Positions 1-10,968 are shown, counted from the stretch's first letter. The stretch is 64,000 nucleotides of DNA from Promethearchaeota archaeon (GCA_048938105.1 JBHLMN010000006.1:205591-269590), one strand, 5' to 3'. Translations and numbers: made by a program. The notes: generated from the letters alone by a model not told the origin.

Positions 1-954
1 CTCAAGAATTTGTTCTGCTGGCAAATGAGTCAAATCAAGGTGGACATAACCATTTTCTTTTGTACCAAATCCTCGTCCTTCAAGAACTTCTTGATAAATT
101 GACCGAGAGACAATATCTCTTGGAGCAAGTTCCATTTTCTCTGGCGCGTATTTTTCCATGAAGCGTTCACCCTTATTATTTCGTAAGTAACCACCTTCAC
201 CTCGTGCTGCCTCAGAAATTAGGACATTATTCCCATATAATGTTGTTGGGTGAAATTGAATGAATTCCATATCCTTGAGACCGACACCTGCCCAATAGGC
301 TATTGCCATACCAAAAGCGTTACAGCTAAGAGCATTGGATGTTGCTCCATAAACCTGTCCAGCACCACCAGTGGCGAAAATAACTGCATCACATTCCCAC
401 ATCTCAAGATCGCCTGTTCTAAAGTTATAAACAATGAGTCCTTGAACTTTTTTGTCTTTAACTGCTAATCGGGTAACAAGGCGATCTTCATAAACAGAGA
501 CACCGAGTTTGACAGATCTTTCCCAAGCTACATGAAGTACAGAGTGGCCAGTTCGGTCTGCAGCAAAACATGTTCTTGGGTATCCAGCTCCTCCGAAAGG
601 TCTCTGTCCTATTCTTCCATCTTCAAACCTTGAAAAAGGACAACCCCAATGTTCTAGTTCATAAACTGTTTCTTTAGCCAAACCTATCATTTTAATGACA
701 GCTGGTTGATCAGCCAGATAATCTGAACCTTTAACTGTATCGAAAGCATGTCGTTCAACAGAATCATCCTCTGATTCTGGATTATTGCATAATGGTGCAT
801 TAATTCCTCCTTGAGCTGCAACAGAGTGGCTTCTCACTGGTTGACATATTGAAATAACGGCTACATCTGCTCCAGTTTCTCTGGCAGCTACTGCTGCACG
901 CATTCCAGCCAGACCTGACCCCACTACGAGTATTGAATGTCTTTGTATCTTCAT
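1..954 (-). CDS. sdhA: Succinate dehydrogenase/fumarate reductase flavoprotein subunit (5' part; runs off the window start)
   Basis: Not in the ORF track. Manual translation from ATG at 954 gives [51 protein letters not shown]: a GxGxAG FAD fold plus the RSHS-x-AAQGG covalent-FAD His motif. Lies directly downstream of the two membrane-anchor genes. Confidence 0.95.
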   Translation of the reverse strand, partial: MKIQRHSILVVGSGLAGMRAAVAARETGADVAVISICQPVRSHSVAAQGGINAPLCNNPESEDDSVERHAFDTVKGSDYLADQPAVIKMIGLAKETVYELEHWGCPFSRFEDGRIGQRPFGGAGYPRTCFAADRTGHSVLHVAWERSVKLGVSVYEDRLVTRLAVKDKKVQGLIVYNFRTGDLEMWECDAVIFATGGAGQVYGATSNALSCNAFGMAIAYWAGVGLKDMEFIQFHPTTLYGNNVLISEAARGEGGYLRNNKGERFMEKYAPEKMELAPRDIVSRSIYQEVLEGRGFGTKENGYVHLDLTHLPAEQILE

Positions 955-959
955 TTTTA

Positions 960-1490
960 TCACTCACCTGCTAAAATCACAATTTCTGGAACAATTAGAA
1001 TGAATACTAAAGCTACAAGCCAAGTAATGATCCCTAGGATCAGTAAAATCCAGAAAATTGTTTTTTGACTACGAATTCCTATTCCCAAGTCAAAAAGGAC
1101 AACCCGAATGCCATTAAATCCATGATATACAAGAATCGCAATTAAACCTATATCTATCATATATCCGATACTAATAATGTTTTGGATGTTGATAACAATG
1201 TTCCCAAATTCTAGGGGAGCAAGGTCGGGGAAAATTGGTGAATTAACCCAGTGTATTAGGCTATTGTAGAATTGGCCAGCATTTAAGCCCCAAATTGAGT
1301 CTACAGCGAGTGTAAAGATCATTCCGAAATGGAATATTACATAAAATATTAGAAGAAGACCTGTAATTCGTTGAAGTAACCACGCCCACATTCCAATTCC
1401 GCGGGCAAAAGGATTGAACCATTGAAGAAAGTTTGTTGCTTTACTACTCGTATTTATTTGTGAATCATGTAGTTCCTCGTTTTTTGCCAT
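960..1490 (-). CDS. sdhC: Succinate dehydrogenase cytochrome b556 membrane subunit (SdhC-type)
   Basis: [12 protein letters not shown]...IFH and [17 protein letters not shown] heme-His motifs; three TM segments; adjacent to sdhA. Confidence 0.85.
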   Translation of the reverse strand: MAKNEELHDSQINTSSKATNFLQWFNPFARGIGMWAWLLQRITGLLLIFYVIFHFGMIFTLAVDSIWGLNAGQFYNSLIHWVNSPIFPDLAPLEFGNIVINIQNIISIGYMIDIGLIAILVYHGFNGIRVVLFDLGIGIRSQKTIFWILLILGIITWLVALVFILIVPEIVILAGE

Positions 1491-1496
1491 TAAAAA

Positions 1497-1940
1497 TCAC
1501 CTTATTCCAATACTTGCGACAGTAAGATTCAACCAAAGAGTGTAACTGATAGCCAAAATTCCTATGATTATTAACAAGAATGCGATTAATTTTCGAAGTG
1601 TTTGATTTGTTGTGAGGTCTAATATTACTGTTCGAAATCCATTCAACATGTGAAAGACTAATAGTGTAACCATGCAGAAAGATATTACAAGATACAAAGG
1701 TATTCCTAAGTATGTATATTGCATCTTCCATTGAACTGCTTCAAAAGAAGCAACACCAAATGCCCGTATGTCCTTTGGTAGGAGAGCTGTTAGATAATGA
1801 TTTGCCAGCATGTGAAATAAAATAAAGAAGAATAATAAAAACCCAGAGACCCGCTGGAAAACCCACCAAATTGCACTCCTTGCCTGATGTTTGGGCACAA
1901 AACGCTTAAGTTTACTTTCAGAAGAAATTTCTATTCCCAT
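1497..1940 (-). CDS. sdhD: Succinate dehydrogenase hydrophobic anchor subunit (SdhD-type)
   Basis: WVFQRVSG...FHM and FHMLNGFRTVILD motifs; three TM segments; first gene of the sdh operon. Confidence 0.8.
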   Translation of the reverse strand: MGIEISSESKLKRFVPKHQARSAIWWVFQRVSGFLLFFFILFHMLANHYLTALLPKDIRAFGVASFEAVQWKMQYTYLGIPLYLVISFCMVTLLVFHMLNGFRTVILDLTTNQTLRKLIAFLLIIIGILAISYTLWLNLTVASIGIR

Positions 1941-2279
1941 ATTTTGATCACATCATGTAACTATATTGCGATAGACTTTCAATTTTTACGAATATCGAAA
2001 GTTAAAGGCTCTGTGGAATATATTGGCAACCAGCTAATAGTATCTTATCTTTTTTTTCATTGGAAGGAAAAAAAAAGGCTATTTTTTAAACATAAAATAA
2101 ATTCAGTTAACAATTGTGGACTGATTTTAAAATTAAATTTTCAATTCAAAGCAATTCTGAGTACACAATTGTAAAAAGAAATTACTTGATGATATAGAAG
2201 CAAAAAGTGTCTGGAATATTAGTAGGTGAAAAATTAGGGATTGCCGTTTATCTTCAAGAGAAAATAGATTAAAGATAAA

Positions 2280-2307
2280 AAATGAGATGTGATTAAGAAT
2301 CTCATTT
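2280..2307 (-). terminator. Hairpin downstream of the larA-like gene
   Basis: 9-bp inverted repeat AAATGAGAT...ATCTCATTT just past the stop, followed by a T-run on the minus strand. Confidence 0.45.
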
Positions 2308-2309
2308 CT

Positions 2310-3668
2310 TTATCGATTCTTCACATCAATGTAATTCCCAGCATCTGGTAAAACATAAATAAGGGGATCTCGATTCCTTTCTTCTCTGTACTTCTGAATC
2401 CATGAACGAAGACTCTCTTGAATCGTACCTGTTCGTGGGACATATTTCATTTGAAAAACATTTTCAATCTCGTCTTTATCCATTTCAGTGATTATATGAC
2501 AAGTACAGCGCTTTAAAATTCGTAGTAAATCGACTACCTTTTGATTACCAATTTTAAAAGTTTCAATACTGCACTTTGTTTCAATAACATGATTCATTGC
2601 TTCACCAAGATCCATTCCCTTAATTTCTTGCATTGTGTCATAGTAATTCTGAGATCCATGACCAAAAGGGCAGTGAGCAAGTAGTAAAACATTTCCACCT
2701 TGTTTAACTGCATTCCAGCCAGCGTGAAAACCTTTTCCACCTTGGTATAAATTAATACTCAATGCTCCTGTAGATACAATTACTAGATCAGCAGGATCCT
2801 CAACTTCAACGATTCGAAGGGGTTTTAACGTTTCTAGTACTAATTCATGTAAAGAGTTGATATCTCCTCCGTTAAGAATAACAATATCATCACCCTCCAT
2901 AACAGCATCGATACAGAATACAGGGACTAGTTTCTTGGTAGATTTAGCCATCTCAATCATGTCTTGAATGACTGGATTACCTGTTGTATTCCCTAGACGA
3001 CATTCTGGTTTAAATCCATGAACCTTATCAAACATTTGTGGATGATTTCTGGCAATGGTTTCTTTACCAGCACATCCTGGGAAGAAGGATTTAACTGTTC
3101 CTGCAACTCCAGCGAAATAGTGATATTCGCTATCTGAGACAGCAATAACTAATCCAGATTCCAATACATCAATATCAACTTCAATCGGTGTACCTAATGA
3201 CGAGGTTCCAAGATTTTTGCAATTTTCATCTTGTTTATGAATTATAACATGATCTTTCCATGCATTGTAAATCTCAGAACCAAGGATTTTATTTTCAAGT
3301 AAATCATCACTTGGAGGACTATGGGATCCACTTGCGATCATAAGACGAATATCATCTTTATTTACTCCAAAATCAAACAGTTTTTCTAAAAGTATTGGAA
3401 GTAAAATCTTCGTATGCTTATTTGGTCTGGTTGCATCATCCACAAGAATCATTATTCTCGGTCTTGCCCGATTTTTCACCATTTCCTCTAAGGGAGGTGA
3501 ATCAACAGGATTTTTGATGATTTCGTCAAAACGAGCTTGGAGATCTGTGAAAGTACGTTTTGCTTTCTCGGGCTCCAGAACTCGTACATTCAAATCTGCT
3601 GGGATGAAATCGGAAATCATTTCATCCCCGTATGCTAACGATATATCCTTGTAAGACATAAGTATCAT
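2310..3668 (-). CDS. larA: LarA-family (nickel-pincer nucleotide-dependent) 2-hydroxy acid racemase/epimerase
   Basis: DxTRP (DATRP), SGSH, HYFAG-x-AG-x-x-KS-x-x-PG, IARNH and NLYQGGKG motifs typical of the LarA family. Substrate not determinable. Confidence 0.85.
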   Translation of the reverse strand: MILMSYKDISLAYGDEMISDFIPADLNVRVLEPEKAKRTFTDLQARFDEIIKNPVDSPPLEEMVKNRARPRIMILVDDATRPNKHTKILLPILLEKLFDFGVNKDDIRLMIASGSHSPPSDDLLENKILGSEIYNAWKDHVIIHKQDENCKNLGTSSLGTPIEVDIDVLESGLVIAVSDSEYHYFAGVAGTVKSFFPGCAGKETIARNHPQMFDKVHGFKPECRLGNTTGNPVIQDMIEMAKSTKKLVPVFCIDAVMEGDDIVILNGGDINSLHELVLETLKPLRIVEVEDPADLVIVSTGALSINLYQGGKGFHAGWNAVKQGGNVLLLAHCPFGHGSQNYYDTMQEIKGMDLGEAMNHVIETKCSIETFKIGNQKVVDLLRILKRCTCHIITEMDKDEIENVFQMKYVPRTGTIQESLRSWIQKYREERNRDPLIYVLPDAGNYIDVKNR

Positions 3669-3962
3669 CCCTATTAAATCCGTAATTTACAATATTTTAT
3701 AATAATTTTTCCTCCAGTGATTTACAAGATGCAAGGAAAAGCAAGTTTCACTTAATATTCTTTTTCTAACCACAATAAAACACAAATGTAATTAGAATGT
3801 AGAATACACTTTTTGTAATAAAATTCTTATTGACTTGACAATTTTTTTGTAACTAAACTAAAGAACCCCCTCACAAGCAAATAAGAGGGAAATTAAATAC
3901 GTACGGCACTTCCTGCCTTTTTCTATATTATATTTAGTAACTAGATTTAGAGAGGAAAGAAT

Positions 3963-5246
3963 ATGGCCCAAAAGTCAATATATGAATTTTCAGCAAAAAC
4001 TTTGTTAATGTCGGAGTTACCCAAATATTTTCCTGAATATAATTATCATGGAAAACTTGCGGTTATTACTCCTGATACTGACTGGAATAAATTAGTTACC
4101 GACCATCCTTGGCTTAAGACTGATAAGCTTGCAGCAAAGCCTGATCAACTATTTGGGAAACGTGGTAAGGCAAAATTATTATTATTAGATGCAAACTTTG
4201 ATGAGCTGAAATCATTCTGTTCAGATAGATTGAATAAAGAAGTAGAGATTGGGGGTATTAAAGGCACTCTCAACAGATTCTTAGTTGAGCCATTTATCCC
4301 ACACGAGAAGGAATTTTATGTTTCAATAACTTCTGATATGGAAAATGACATCATTCACTTCTCTTTTGAAGGAGGTATCTTCGTTGAGGAAAACTGGGAT
4401 AAGGTTGTGCATATTCCTATTCCCATAGGAACTGATATCTCTTCTTTTGACCTAGCAAGTAAATTACCTGATTTAGGTGATCTTAGAGACAAGCTAATAC
4501 AATTCATCAAAGGAGTATTTCAAGTCTATGTCGAACAAGATTTCGCTTTCTTGGAAATAAATCCTTTTGCAATCACTGAAGATAAAACAATTGTACCCTT
4601 GGATCTAAAGGCAAAACTTGATGATACTGCTAGCTTTCAACACATTGACACCTGGGGAAACCCAGATAATCCAATAGAATTCCCAAGAGCATTTGGACAA
4701 GTATTATCCAAGGAAGAGCATTTTATTTCTGATTTAGATGAGAAAACAGGGGCTTCATTAAAATTCACTATTTTGAACAGAGACGCCCGAGTATGGACAA
4801 TGGTAGCAGGGGGTGGTGGATCAGTTGTATATACAGATACTATAGCTGACATGGGTTTTGCTAAAGAACTAGGTAATTATGGAGAATATTCAGGAAATCC
4901 AAATAGAGAGCATACACAACTTTATGCTCAAACAATCATAGATATTCTGACAGAAAAACCTGATCCTCAAGGACGACCTAAGATTTTACTTATCGGAGGT
5001 GGAATTGCGAATTTCACCGATGTGAAAGCAACCTTCATGGGTATTGTAGCTGCGTTACGGAATTCTGCAGAAAAACTACGTAAAACCAACGTTAAAATTT
5101 ACGTCCGACGAGGCGGACCAAATGAAAAAGAAGGTTTAAAGCTGATGAAGGAAGTTGGGGAAGAAATAGGAGTTCCTATCGAAGTGTTTGATAGATACAC
5201 TCACATGACAAAGATTGTTCCATTATCACTTAAAGGAGATAGTTAA
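3963..5246 (+). CDS. aclB: ATP-citrate lyase beta subunit (ATP-grasp plus citrate-binding domain)
   Basis: KPDQLFGKRGK, LEINPF, WTMVAGGGGSVVY, NYGEYSGNP, IGGGIANFTDV and VRRGGPN are ACL-B signatures. Confidence 0.95.
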   Translation: MAQKSIYEFSAKTLLMSELPKYFPEYNYHGKLAVITPDTDWNKLVTDHPWLKTDKLAAKPDQLFGKRGKAKLLLLDANFDELKSFCSDRLNKEVEIGGIKGTLNRFLVEPFIPHEKEFYVSITSDMENDIIHFSFEGGIFVEENWDKVVHIPIPIGTDISSFDLASKLPDLGDLRDKLIQFIKGVFQVYVEQDFAFLEINPFAITEDKTIVPLDLKAKLDDTASFQHIDTWGNPDNPIEFPRAFGQVLSKEEHFISDLDEKTGASLKFTILNRDARVWTMVAGGGGSVVYTDTIADMGFAKELGNYGEYSGNPNREHTQLYAQTIIDILTEKPDPQGRPKILLIGGGIANFTDVKATFMGIVAALRNSAEKLRKTNVKIYVRRGGPNEKEGLKLMKEVGEEIGVPIEVFDRYTHMTKIVPLSLKGDS

Positions 5247-5259
5247 AGGAGGATAATAA

Positions 5260-7092
5260 ATGACATCAGAACTATTTAAGCGAAGTACACGAGCGATTAT
5301 TTATGGTTTTCAACGTAATGCTATTCAACGAATGCTTGACTTCGACTTTGTATGCAAAAGAGAAACTCCTTCCGTTGCTGCGGTAATTAGACCCAGCCAA
5401 GCAGGCGCAATTGGTTATCACAAGGTGTTTTGGGGGGGGAAAGAAATTGTTATACCAATCTATCGAAAACTGGATCTTGCAGTCAAAAAGCATCCTGACG
5501 CGGATGTTTTGATCAACTTCTCATCATTCCGTTCTGCATATCCAACAACAATGGAAGCACTGAACTTTGATACAATTAAGACCGTAGCAGTAATTGCAGA
5601 GGGAATACCAGAGCGAAGAAGTCGTGAAATGAATAAATTAGCTAGAAGCAAGGGTAAAGTAATAATTGGCCCCGCTACAGTTGGAGGAATACAAGCAGGA
5701 GCATTTAAAATCGGTAATACGGCAGGAACAATAGAGAATGTTGTTCTTTCAAAACTCTACCGTCCTGGCAGTGTCGGATTTGTATCAAAGAGTGGTGGTA
5801 TGAGCAATGAAATGAATTTTGCTATTTCCCAGAACTCCGATGGTATCTATGAAGGAATAGCTATTGGAGGTGACCGTTATGCAGGATCAACATTGCTAGA
5901 TCATCTACTTCGGTACGAAGCCAATCCTAAGATTAAAATGATGGTTTGTTTAGGTGAAGTAGGTGGTACTGGAGAAATTAATATAGTAAATGCCGTAAAA
6001 GATGGCCGTATAACAAAGCCCCTAGTTATGTGGTGTATTGGAACAGCAGCAAGTCTTCTCCCATCAGGTTTACAATTTGGCCACGCTGGTGCAATGGCTG
6101 GAAGCGAGATGGAAACAGCCAGTGCGAAGAACAAAGCTCTTGCAGAAGTAGGTGTAATAGTTCCTGAATCATATGATGATTTTGGGGACAAGATTAAAGA
6201 AACCTTTGAGAAACTCAAAGCTGAAGGGAAAATTGACCCTATAGAGGATTTCGAACCTCCTGAGTTGCCCATGGATTACGCTAAAGCTGCGAAAGCTGGA
6301 CTTGTAAGACGACCAACAGATGTTGTATGTACGATCAGTGATGAACGGGGAGACGTTCCAATGTTCTCTGGTGTCGGTCTTGACTCAATTGTAGAACAAA
6401 ATAAATCTCTTGGATATACTATTGGTCTTCTATGGTTTAAGAGAGAATTACCTAAGTTTGCTCAAGATTATATTGAAATTGTTGTCAAATTAACATCAGA
6501 TCATGGCCCTGCAGTTTCTGGAGCTCATAATGCTATTGTTACTGCCCGTGCAGGACGAGATCTGATGTCTTCACTCGCAACTGGGATTCTTACAATAGGT
6601 CCAAGATTTGGTGGAGCAATTTCTGATGCAGCAAAATATATGAAAATGGCCCTTGAAAAGAACATGACTCCTCTAGAATTTGTTGACCACATGAAAAACG
6701 TTGTTGGTATTAATATTCCTGGTATTGGCCATAGAATCAAATCAGTTCAGAATCCTGATGTACGAGTAAAGCTATTGAAAGAATTCGTTCTTAAAAACTT
6801 TGAAAAACATCCATATCTTGATTTTGCTCTGGAAGTCGAAAAAATCACGACAGCTAAGAGGAATAATCTAATCCTCAATGTTGATGGCTGTATTGGAATC
6901 TGTTTCATGGATCTCTTAGAGAACTTGGACTTTTCAGAGGAGGAAAAGAATGATGTTGTTGAAAGCGAAGTTTTGAATGGATTATTCGTACTTGGACGAT
7001 CAATTGGAATGATGGGTCATATCTTCGATCAAAAGAGACAGAGAGCTGCATTATATCGACAACCTTGGGACGAAATACTCTTTGCGGATTAA
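5260..7092 (+). CDS. aclA: ATP-citrate lyase alpha subunit (CoA-binding, phospho-His and citryl-CoA lyase domains)
   Basis: IIGPATVGG, QFGHAGA phospho-His loop, DHGPAVSGAHN, PGIGHRIKS, NLILNVDG. Confidence 0.95.
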   Translation: MTSELFKRSTRAIIYGFQRNAIQRMLDFDFVCKRETPSVAAVIRPSQAGAIGYHKVFWGGKEIVIPIYRKLDLAVKKHPDADVLINFSSFRSAYPTTMEALNFDTIKTVAVIAEGIPERRSREMNKLARSKGKVIIGPATVGGIQAGAFKIGNTAGTIENVVLSKLYRPGSVGFVSKSGGMSNEMNFAISQNSDGIYEGIAIGGDRYAGSTLLDHLLRYEANPKIKMMVCLGEVGGTGEINIVNAVKDGRITKPLVMWCIGTAASLLPSGLQFGHAGAMAGSEMETASAKNKALAEVGVIVPESYDDFGDKIKETFEKLKAEGKIDPIEDFEPPELPMDYAKAAKAGLVRRPTDVVCTISDERGDVPMFSGVGLDSIVEQNKSLGYTIGLLWFKRELPKFAQDYIEIVVKLTSDHGPAVSGAHNAIVTARAGRDLMSSLATGILTIGPRFGGAISDAAKYMKMALEKNMTPLEFVDHMKNVVGINIPGIGHRIKSVQNPDVRVKLLKEFVLKNFEKHPYLDFALEVEKITTAKRNNLILNVDGCIGICFMDLLENLDFSEEEKNDVVESEVLNGLFVLGRSIGMMGHIFDQKRQRAALYRQPWDEILFAD

Positions 7093-7146
7093 GTCCCAAT
7101 GTCTCTTTTTATTTTAAACTAAAAATGAAATATAAGGTGATAAAAA

Positions 7147-8346
7147 TTGTCTGAAGAAAATATCAAAAAAGCACTCGAACATTTTGAGAACCTTGTTCGT
7201 GAACAACTTGAACGTGTAGAAAGAATGAAAAAAGAGCCAGATTGGACTGATTTCAGCACATTAAAACCAATTATCATTGGTGCCTGCGGTGGAGATGGTA
7301 TTGGTCCGAAAATAACTGAACATGCAGTTGCCATTCTAAACTTCCTCTTAGAAGATGATATTAAATCAGGAAAGATTGAGATCCGGAATATTACAGGTTT
7401 AACAATTGAAAATAGAGCAAAAGTGATGAAAGCAATTCCTGATGATGTTTTAGAGGAACTTAAAAAATGTCATGTTATATTGAAAGGCCCAACGACCACA
7501 CCCTGGAAAGGAAACAAATATGGCTGGCCAAACATTGAATCTGCCAACGTAGCAATGCGTCGGGAATTAGATCTTTTCGCCAACGTTCGTCCTGTTCGTG
7601 TACCCGAGAAGAATATCGATTGGATGTTTTATCGTGAGAACACAGAAGGAGCATACATTCTCGGCTCAAAAGGTGTTGAAGTCACAGATGATCTAGCTGT
7701 TGATTTCAAAGTAATTACCAATCAAGGTTCAGATCGCATCATCAGAGCAGCATTTGAGTATGCAAAAAAGAACAATATCAATAAAGTCACGGTGGTCACT
7801 AAAGCTAATGTTGTCAAGAAATCAGATGGAAAGTTCTTAGCTATTGCTGAAGAAGTAGCAAAAGACTATCCAGAAGTGGAATGGGACGATTGGTACGTTG
7901 ACATCATGACTGCAAAGCTCATTGATCCTGCACGACAAAGCTCCTTCCGCGTGATAACTGCTCCTAATTTGTACGGGGACATTGTTACCGACGAAGCAGC
8001 TCAAATCCAAGGAGGACTTGGTACAGCTGGAGCCGCAAATATTGGTAAGAGATATGCAATGTTCGAAGCAGTTCACGGTTCGGCCCTTCGGATGGTTGAA
8101 GATGGAAGAGTTGATTATGCTGATCCAACTAGTATCATCAAAGCCACAGCTATGCTTTTGAACCATATAGGGTTCACAGAAAAAGGAAATACACTGGACA
8201 AAGCTCTAGACATCTGTTCTCAGTATGAAAAGAAGTTAACCATGACAGGGCGAGATACAGGCGCTACTGGCGAAAAATTTGCTGAATATATCATGGAAAC
8301 GCTTCAAGATCCCAACTTAGATCAGAAATGGCAAAGCTATCAGTGA
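7147..8346 (+). CDS. icd: Isocitrate/isopropylmalate dehydrogenase family protein, probably isocitrate dehydrogenase
   Basis: GDGIGP, LKGPTTTP, RRELDLFANVRP, RENTEG, KANV, PNLYGDI, FEAVHGSA. TTG start with AGGTGA RBS. Lies between acl and an aconitase. Confidence 0.8.
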   Translation: MSEENIKKALEHFENLVREQLERVERMKKEPDWTDFSTLKPIIIGACGGDGIGPKITEHAVAILNFLLEDDIKSGKIEIRNITGLTIENRAKVMKAIPDDVLEELKKCHVILKGPTTTPWKGNKYGWPNIESANVAMRRELDLFANVRPVRVPEKNIDWMFYRENTEGAYILGSKGVEVTDDLAVDFKVITNQGSDRIIRAAFEYAKKNNINKVTVVTKANVVKKSDGKFLAIAEEVAKDYPEVEWDDWYVDIMTAKLIDPARQSSFRVITAPNLYGDIVTDEAAQIQGGLGTAGAANIGKRYAMFEAVHGSALRMVEDGRVDYADPTSIIKATAMLLNHIGFTEKGNTLDKALDICSQYEKKLTMTGRDTGATGEKFAEYIMETLQDPNLDQKWQSYQ

Positions 8347-8474
8347 GTTGCTTTCCCTTCCCTTTTTCCTTTTTTTATAAATTGACTAGTCTCTATTTTA
8401 TTTGATTATAATTTTTTAATATAATTTATCTTAATCTTGAAAAACTATAAAAAAAAGAGGGGGAGGATGCCAAA

Positions 8475-10394
8475 TTAAATGTAGCTTAATGTGCCTCCAG
8501 CAATCAGAATTTTTCGGTCACGCTCAGAAAGATCATATGATGTTTTAATATCAAATCCTTGAGTAATATCTCGGATGACGATTGGTTTATTTCCTTCTAA
8601 AGCTTTCCGTACTCCTTTAATCTCTAGAACATCATTCTCTTTTATTTTATCATAATCTCCTGAATTTGAGAATGATAGAGGAAGAATTCCGAAGTTTATT
8701 AGATTATCCCGATGAATTCGCGCAAAAGATTTTGTCAGTACCGCTTTTATTCCAAGGTACATTGGAGCAAGAGCAGCGTGTTCTCGACTAGAACCTTGAC
8801 CATAATTTTCTCCTCCAATGATAATTCCACCACCTTCCTTTTTACTTTCAAGAGCTCTTTCGGGGAAAGTGGGGTCTACTTGTTCAAAGACATATTTACT
8901 AATCTCTGGGAGATTGGACCTTAAAGGTAATATTTTTGCTCCTGCAGGCATAATATGATCCGTTGTGATGTTATCCTCTGTTTTAATTAGAACTTTAAAC
9001 TGGAAATCATCAGGTATCGCGTGAAATTCTGGTAATGGAGCAATGTTTGGGCCTCGGATAATCTCTACATCTTCAGGTTTGCCAGAGGGTTTTAGAATCA
9101 TTGAATCGTCTATTTCGATTGAGGTTGGAATATTAACATTTGGATAATCTCCTAACTTCCGAGGATCTGTGAATTCTCCAAAAACAGCAGCAGCTACCGC
9201 AACTTCTGGGCTAACCAAATATGCATTTGCACTCTTTGTTCCACTTCTCCCATAAAAGTTCCTATTGAAAGTCCGAGCTATTGTAGCATTTGTTTTAGGA
9301 GCAAAACCCATACCGATACAAGGTCCACAGGCAGTTTCCAGAATTCGAGCACCCGCTGTAATCATATCAGCTAAACTACCATCTTTTGATAATTGCATTA
9401 ATACTTGACGTGATCCAGGGGAAATGCCTAAAACTGTATGTGGATGAATTTTACGTCCTTTTAAAAGAGCTGCAGCAGTTAACATGTCTTTTAATGAACT
9501 ATTAGTGCAAGATCCAATTGCCACTTGATCTACTTTCATCCCCTCAACTTCAGAGAGAGGAACAACATCACCAGGAGAATGAGGTTTAGCAACGAGGGGT
9601 TCCAGCTCAGAGAGATTAATCTCAATTATCTCATCATAATCTTCATCTGTTCCTGCAGGAATTTCCACCCATTGATCTCCCCTTTCTTGCCATTTGAGAA
9701 AATCATGTGTGATTTCATCAGAGGGGAAGATTGAAGTTGTTGCTCCAGTTTCAGCCCCCATATTTGTAATTGTGGCGCGTTCAGGAACAGACAGTGTTTT
9801 CACTCCTGGTCCATAATACTCTAAGATCTTACCAACGCCACCTTTTACTGAAATTCTCCTGAGAACTTCTAAGATCACGTCTTTTGCCGTAACGTAATCT
9901 CTTAACGCGCCTGTCAATTTCACTCCAACAATTTTGGGTGCTTTAAGGTAGAATGGGCCACCTCCCATTGCTACAGCAACATCAAGACCACCTGCACCAA
10001 TTGCTATCGCACCCATACCGCCAGCTGTCGGGGTGTGCGAATCAGAACCGATTAAGGTCTTTCCTGGTCTGGCAAATCGCTCAAGAAACACTTGATGGCA
10101 GATACCATTCCCTGGTCGAGAAAACATGATCCCATACTTGGCTGCAATAGATTGTAGATATCGATGATCATCAGGGTTTTTAAAATCCGTTTGTAACGTG
10201 TTATGATCTATGATTGACACAGATAACTCTGTCTTGACCTTATCAAGACCCATTGCCTCAAATTGAAGGTACGCCATAGTTCCAGTGGCATCCTGAGTCA
10301 GAGTGTGATCGATTCGAATAGCTATCTCTTCTCCAACTTCATATTTCCCTTCAATAATGTGTTCTTCTAATATTTTCTTTGCTATGCTTACCAT
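8475..10394 (-). CDS. acn: Aconitate hydratase, small single-chain type
   Basis: QDATG, DHN, GICHQ, DSHT, GSCTN, CGPCIG, FNRNF, TTDHI and GSSRE aconitase-family motifs. Confidence 0.9.
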   Translation of the reverse strand: MVSIAKKILEEHIIEGKYEVGEEIAIRIDHTLTQDATGTMAYLQFEAMGLDKVKTELSVSIIDHNTLQTDFKNPDDHRYLQSIAAKYGIMFSRPGNGICHQVFLERFARPGKTLIGSDSHTPTAGGMGAIAIGAGGLDVAVAMGGGPFYLKAPKIVGVKLTGALRDYVTAKDVILEVLRRISVKGGVGKILEYYGPGVKTLSVPERATITNMGAETGATTSIFPSDEITHDFLKWQERGDQWVEIPAGTDEDYDEIIEINLSELEPLVAKPHSPGDVVPLSEVEGMKVDQVAIGSCTNSSLKDMLTAAALLKGRKIHPHTVLGISPGSRQVLMQLSKDGSLADMITAGARILETACGPCIGMGFAPKTNATIARTFNRNFYGRSGTKSANAYLVSPEVAVAAAVFGEFTDPRKLGDYPNVNIPTSIEIDDSMILKPSGKPEDVEIIRGPNIAPLPEFHAIPDDFQFKVLIKTEDNITTDHIMPAGAKILPLRSNLPEISKYVFEQVDPTFPERALESKKEGGGIIIGGENYGQGSSREHAALAPMYLGIKAVLTKSFARIHRDNLINFGILPLSFSNSGDYDKIKENDVLEIKGVRKALEGNKPIVIRDITQGFDIKTSYDLSERDRKILIAGGTLSYI

Positions 10395-10535
10395 TCAACA
10401 AACATCCTTATCTTATAAGGTTTTAAGCTGTTTTTTCAGGATTTAGCTCGCTTTACCAAGCGCTTTCACAAATTTATAAATTCTTTTTACGAAAGATTCT
10501 GATCGTGCGGTAAAAATAACTCAAATTTTATGAAT

Positions 10536-10968
10536 CTAGAACATCTGCCTGCTTAATTTCACGAGCGATTCTTCATCTGAGGAAAAAGGGCGTAATCGAA
10601 AGCTATAGGAATACTCTTGTGGTGGAAGTGTATATTTAGTATGTACAGGTGCACTCCAGCTATTATCCCCTCCAACACCCATTTGTTTGTAGTCGAGATT
10701 ACATGATATTACATTTCTAGGTTTAATTCCATTAGAATGACTTCTCACATCATCTTTGTTTTCTAGTTCCCCTAATTTAAATTGATAAACACTTATACTT
10801 AATAGAGGTAATCCGATAGCTAACAAACCAAATCCCTCAATATTCGATAGAGCTACCCAACGAACGTCAGGTTTGTTTCCATTTTCCTGTAGACGAACAT
10901 TTGGATGATATTGGTCCCACACCTTTCCAGAGAAAACCCCAATAGCTGCCCCCGTTTATCGATCTCAG
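10536..10968 (-). pseudogene. C-terminal remnant of a GH2 beta-galactosidase (paralog of 13812..16922)
   Basis: The ORF matches the lacZ C-terminus ([20 protein letters not shown]). Similarity continues upstream of the called start as *DR*TGAAIGVFSGKVWDQ versus [19 protein letters not shown], with two in-frame stops. Confidence 0.85.
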
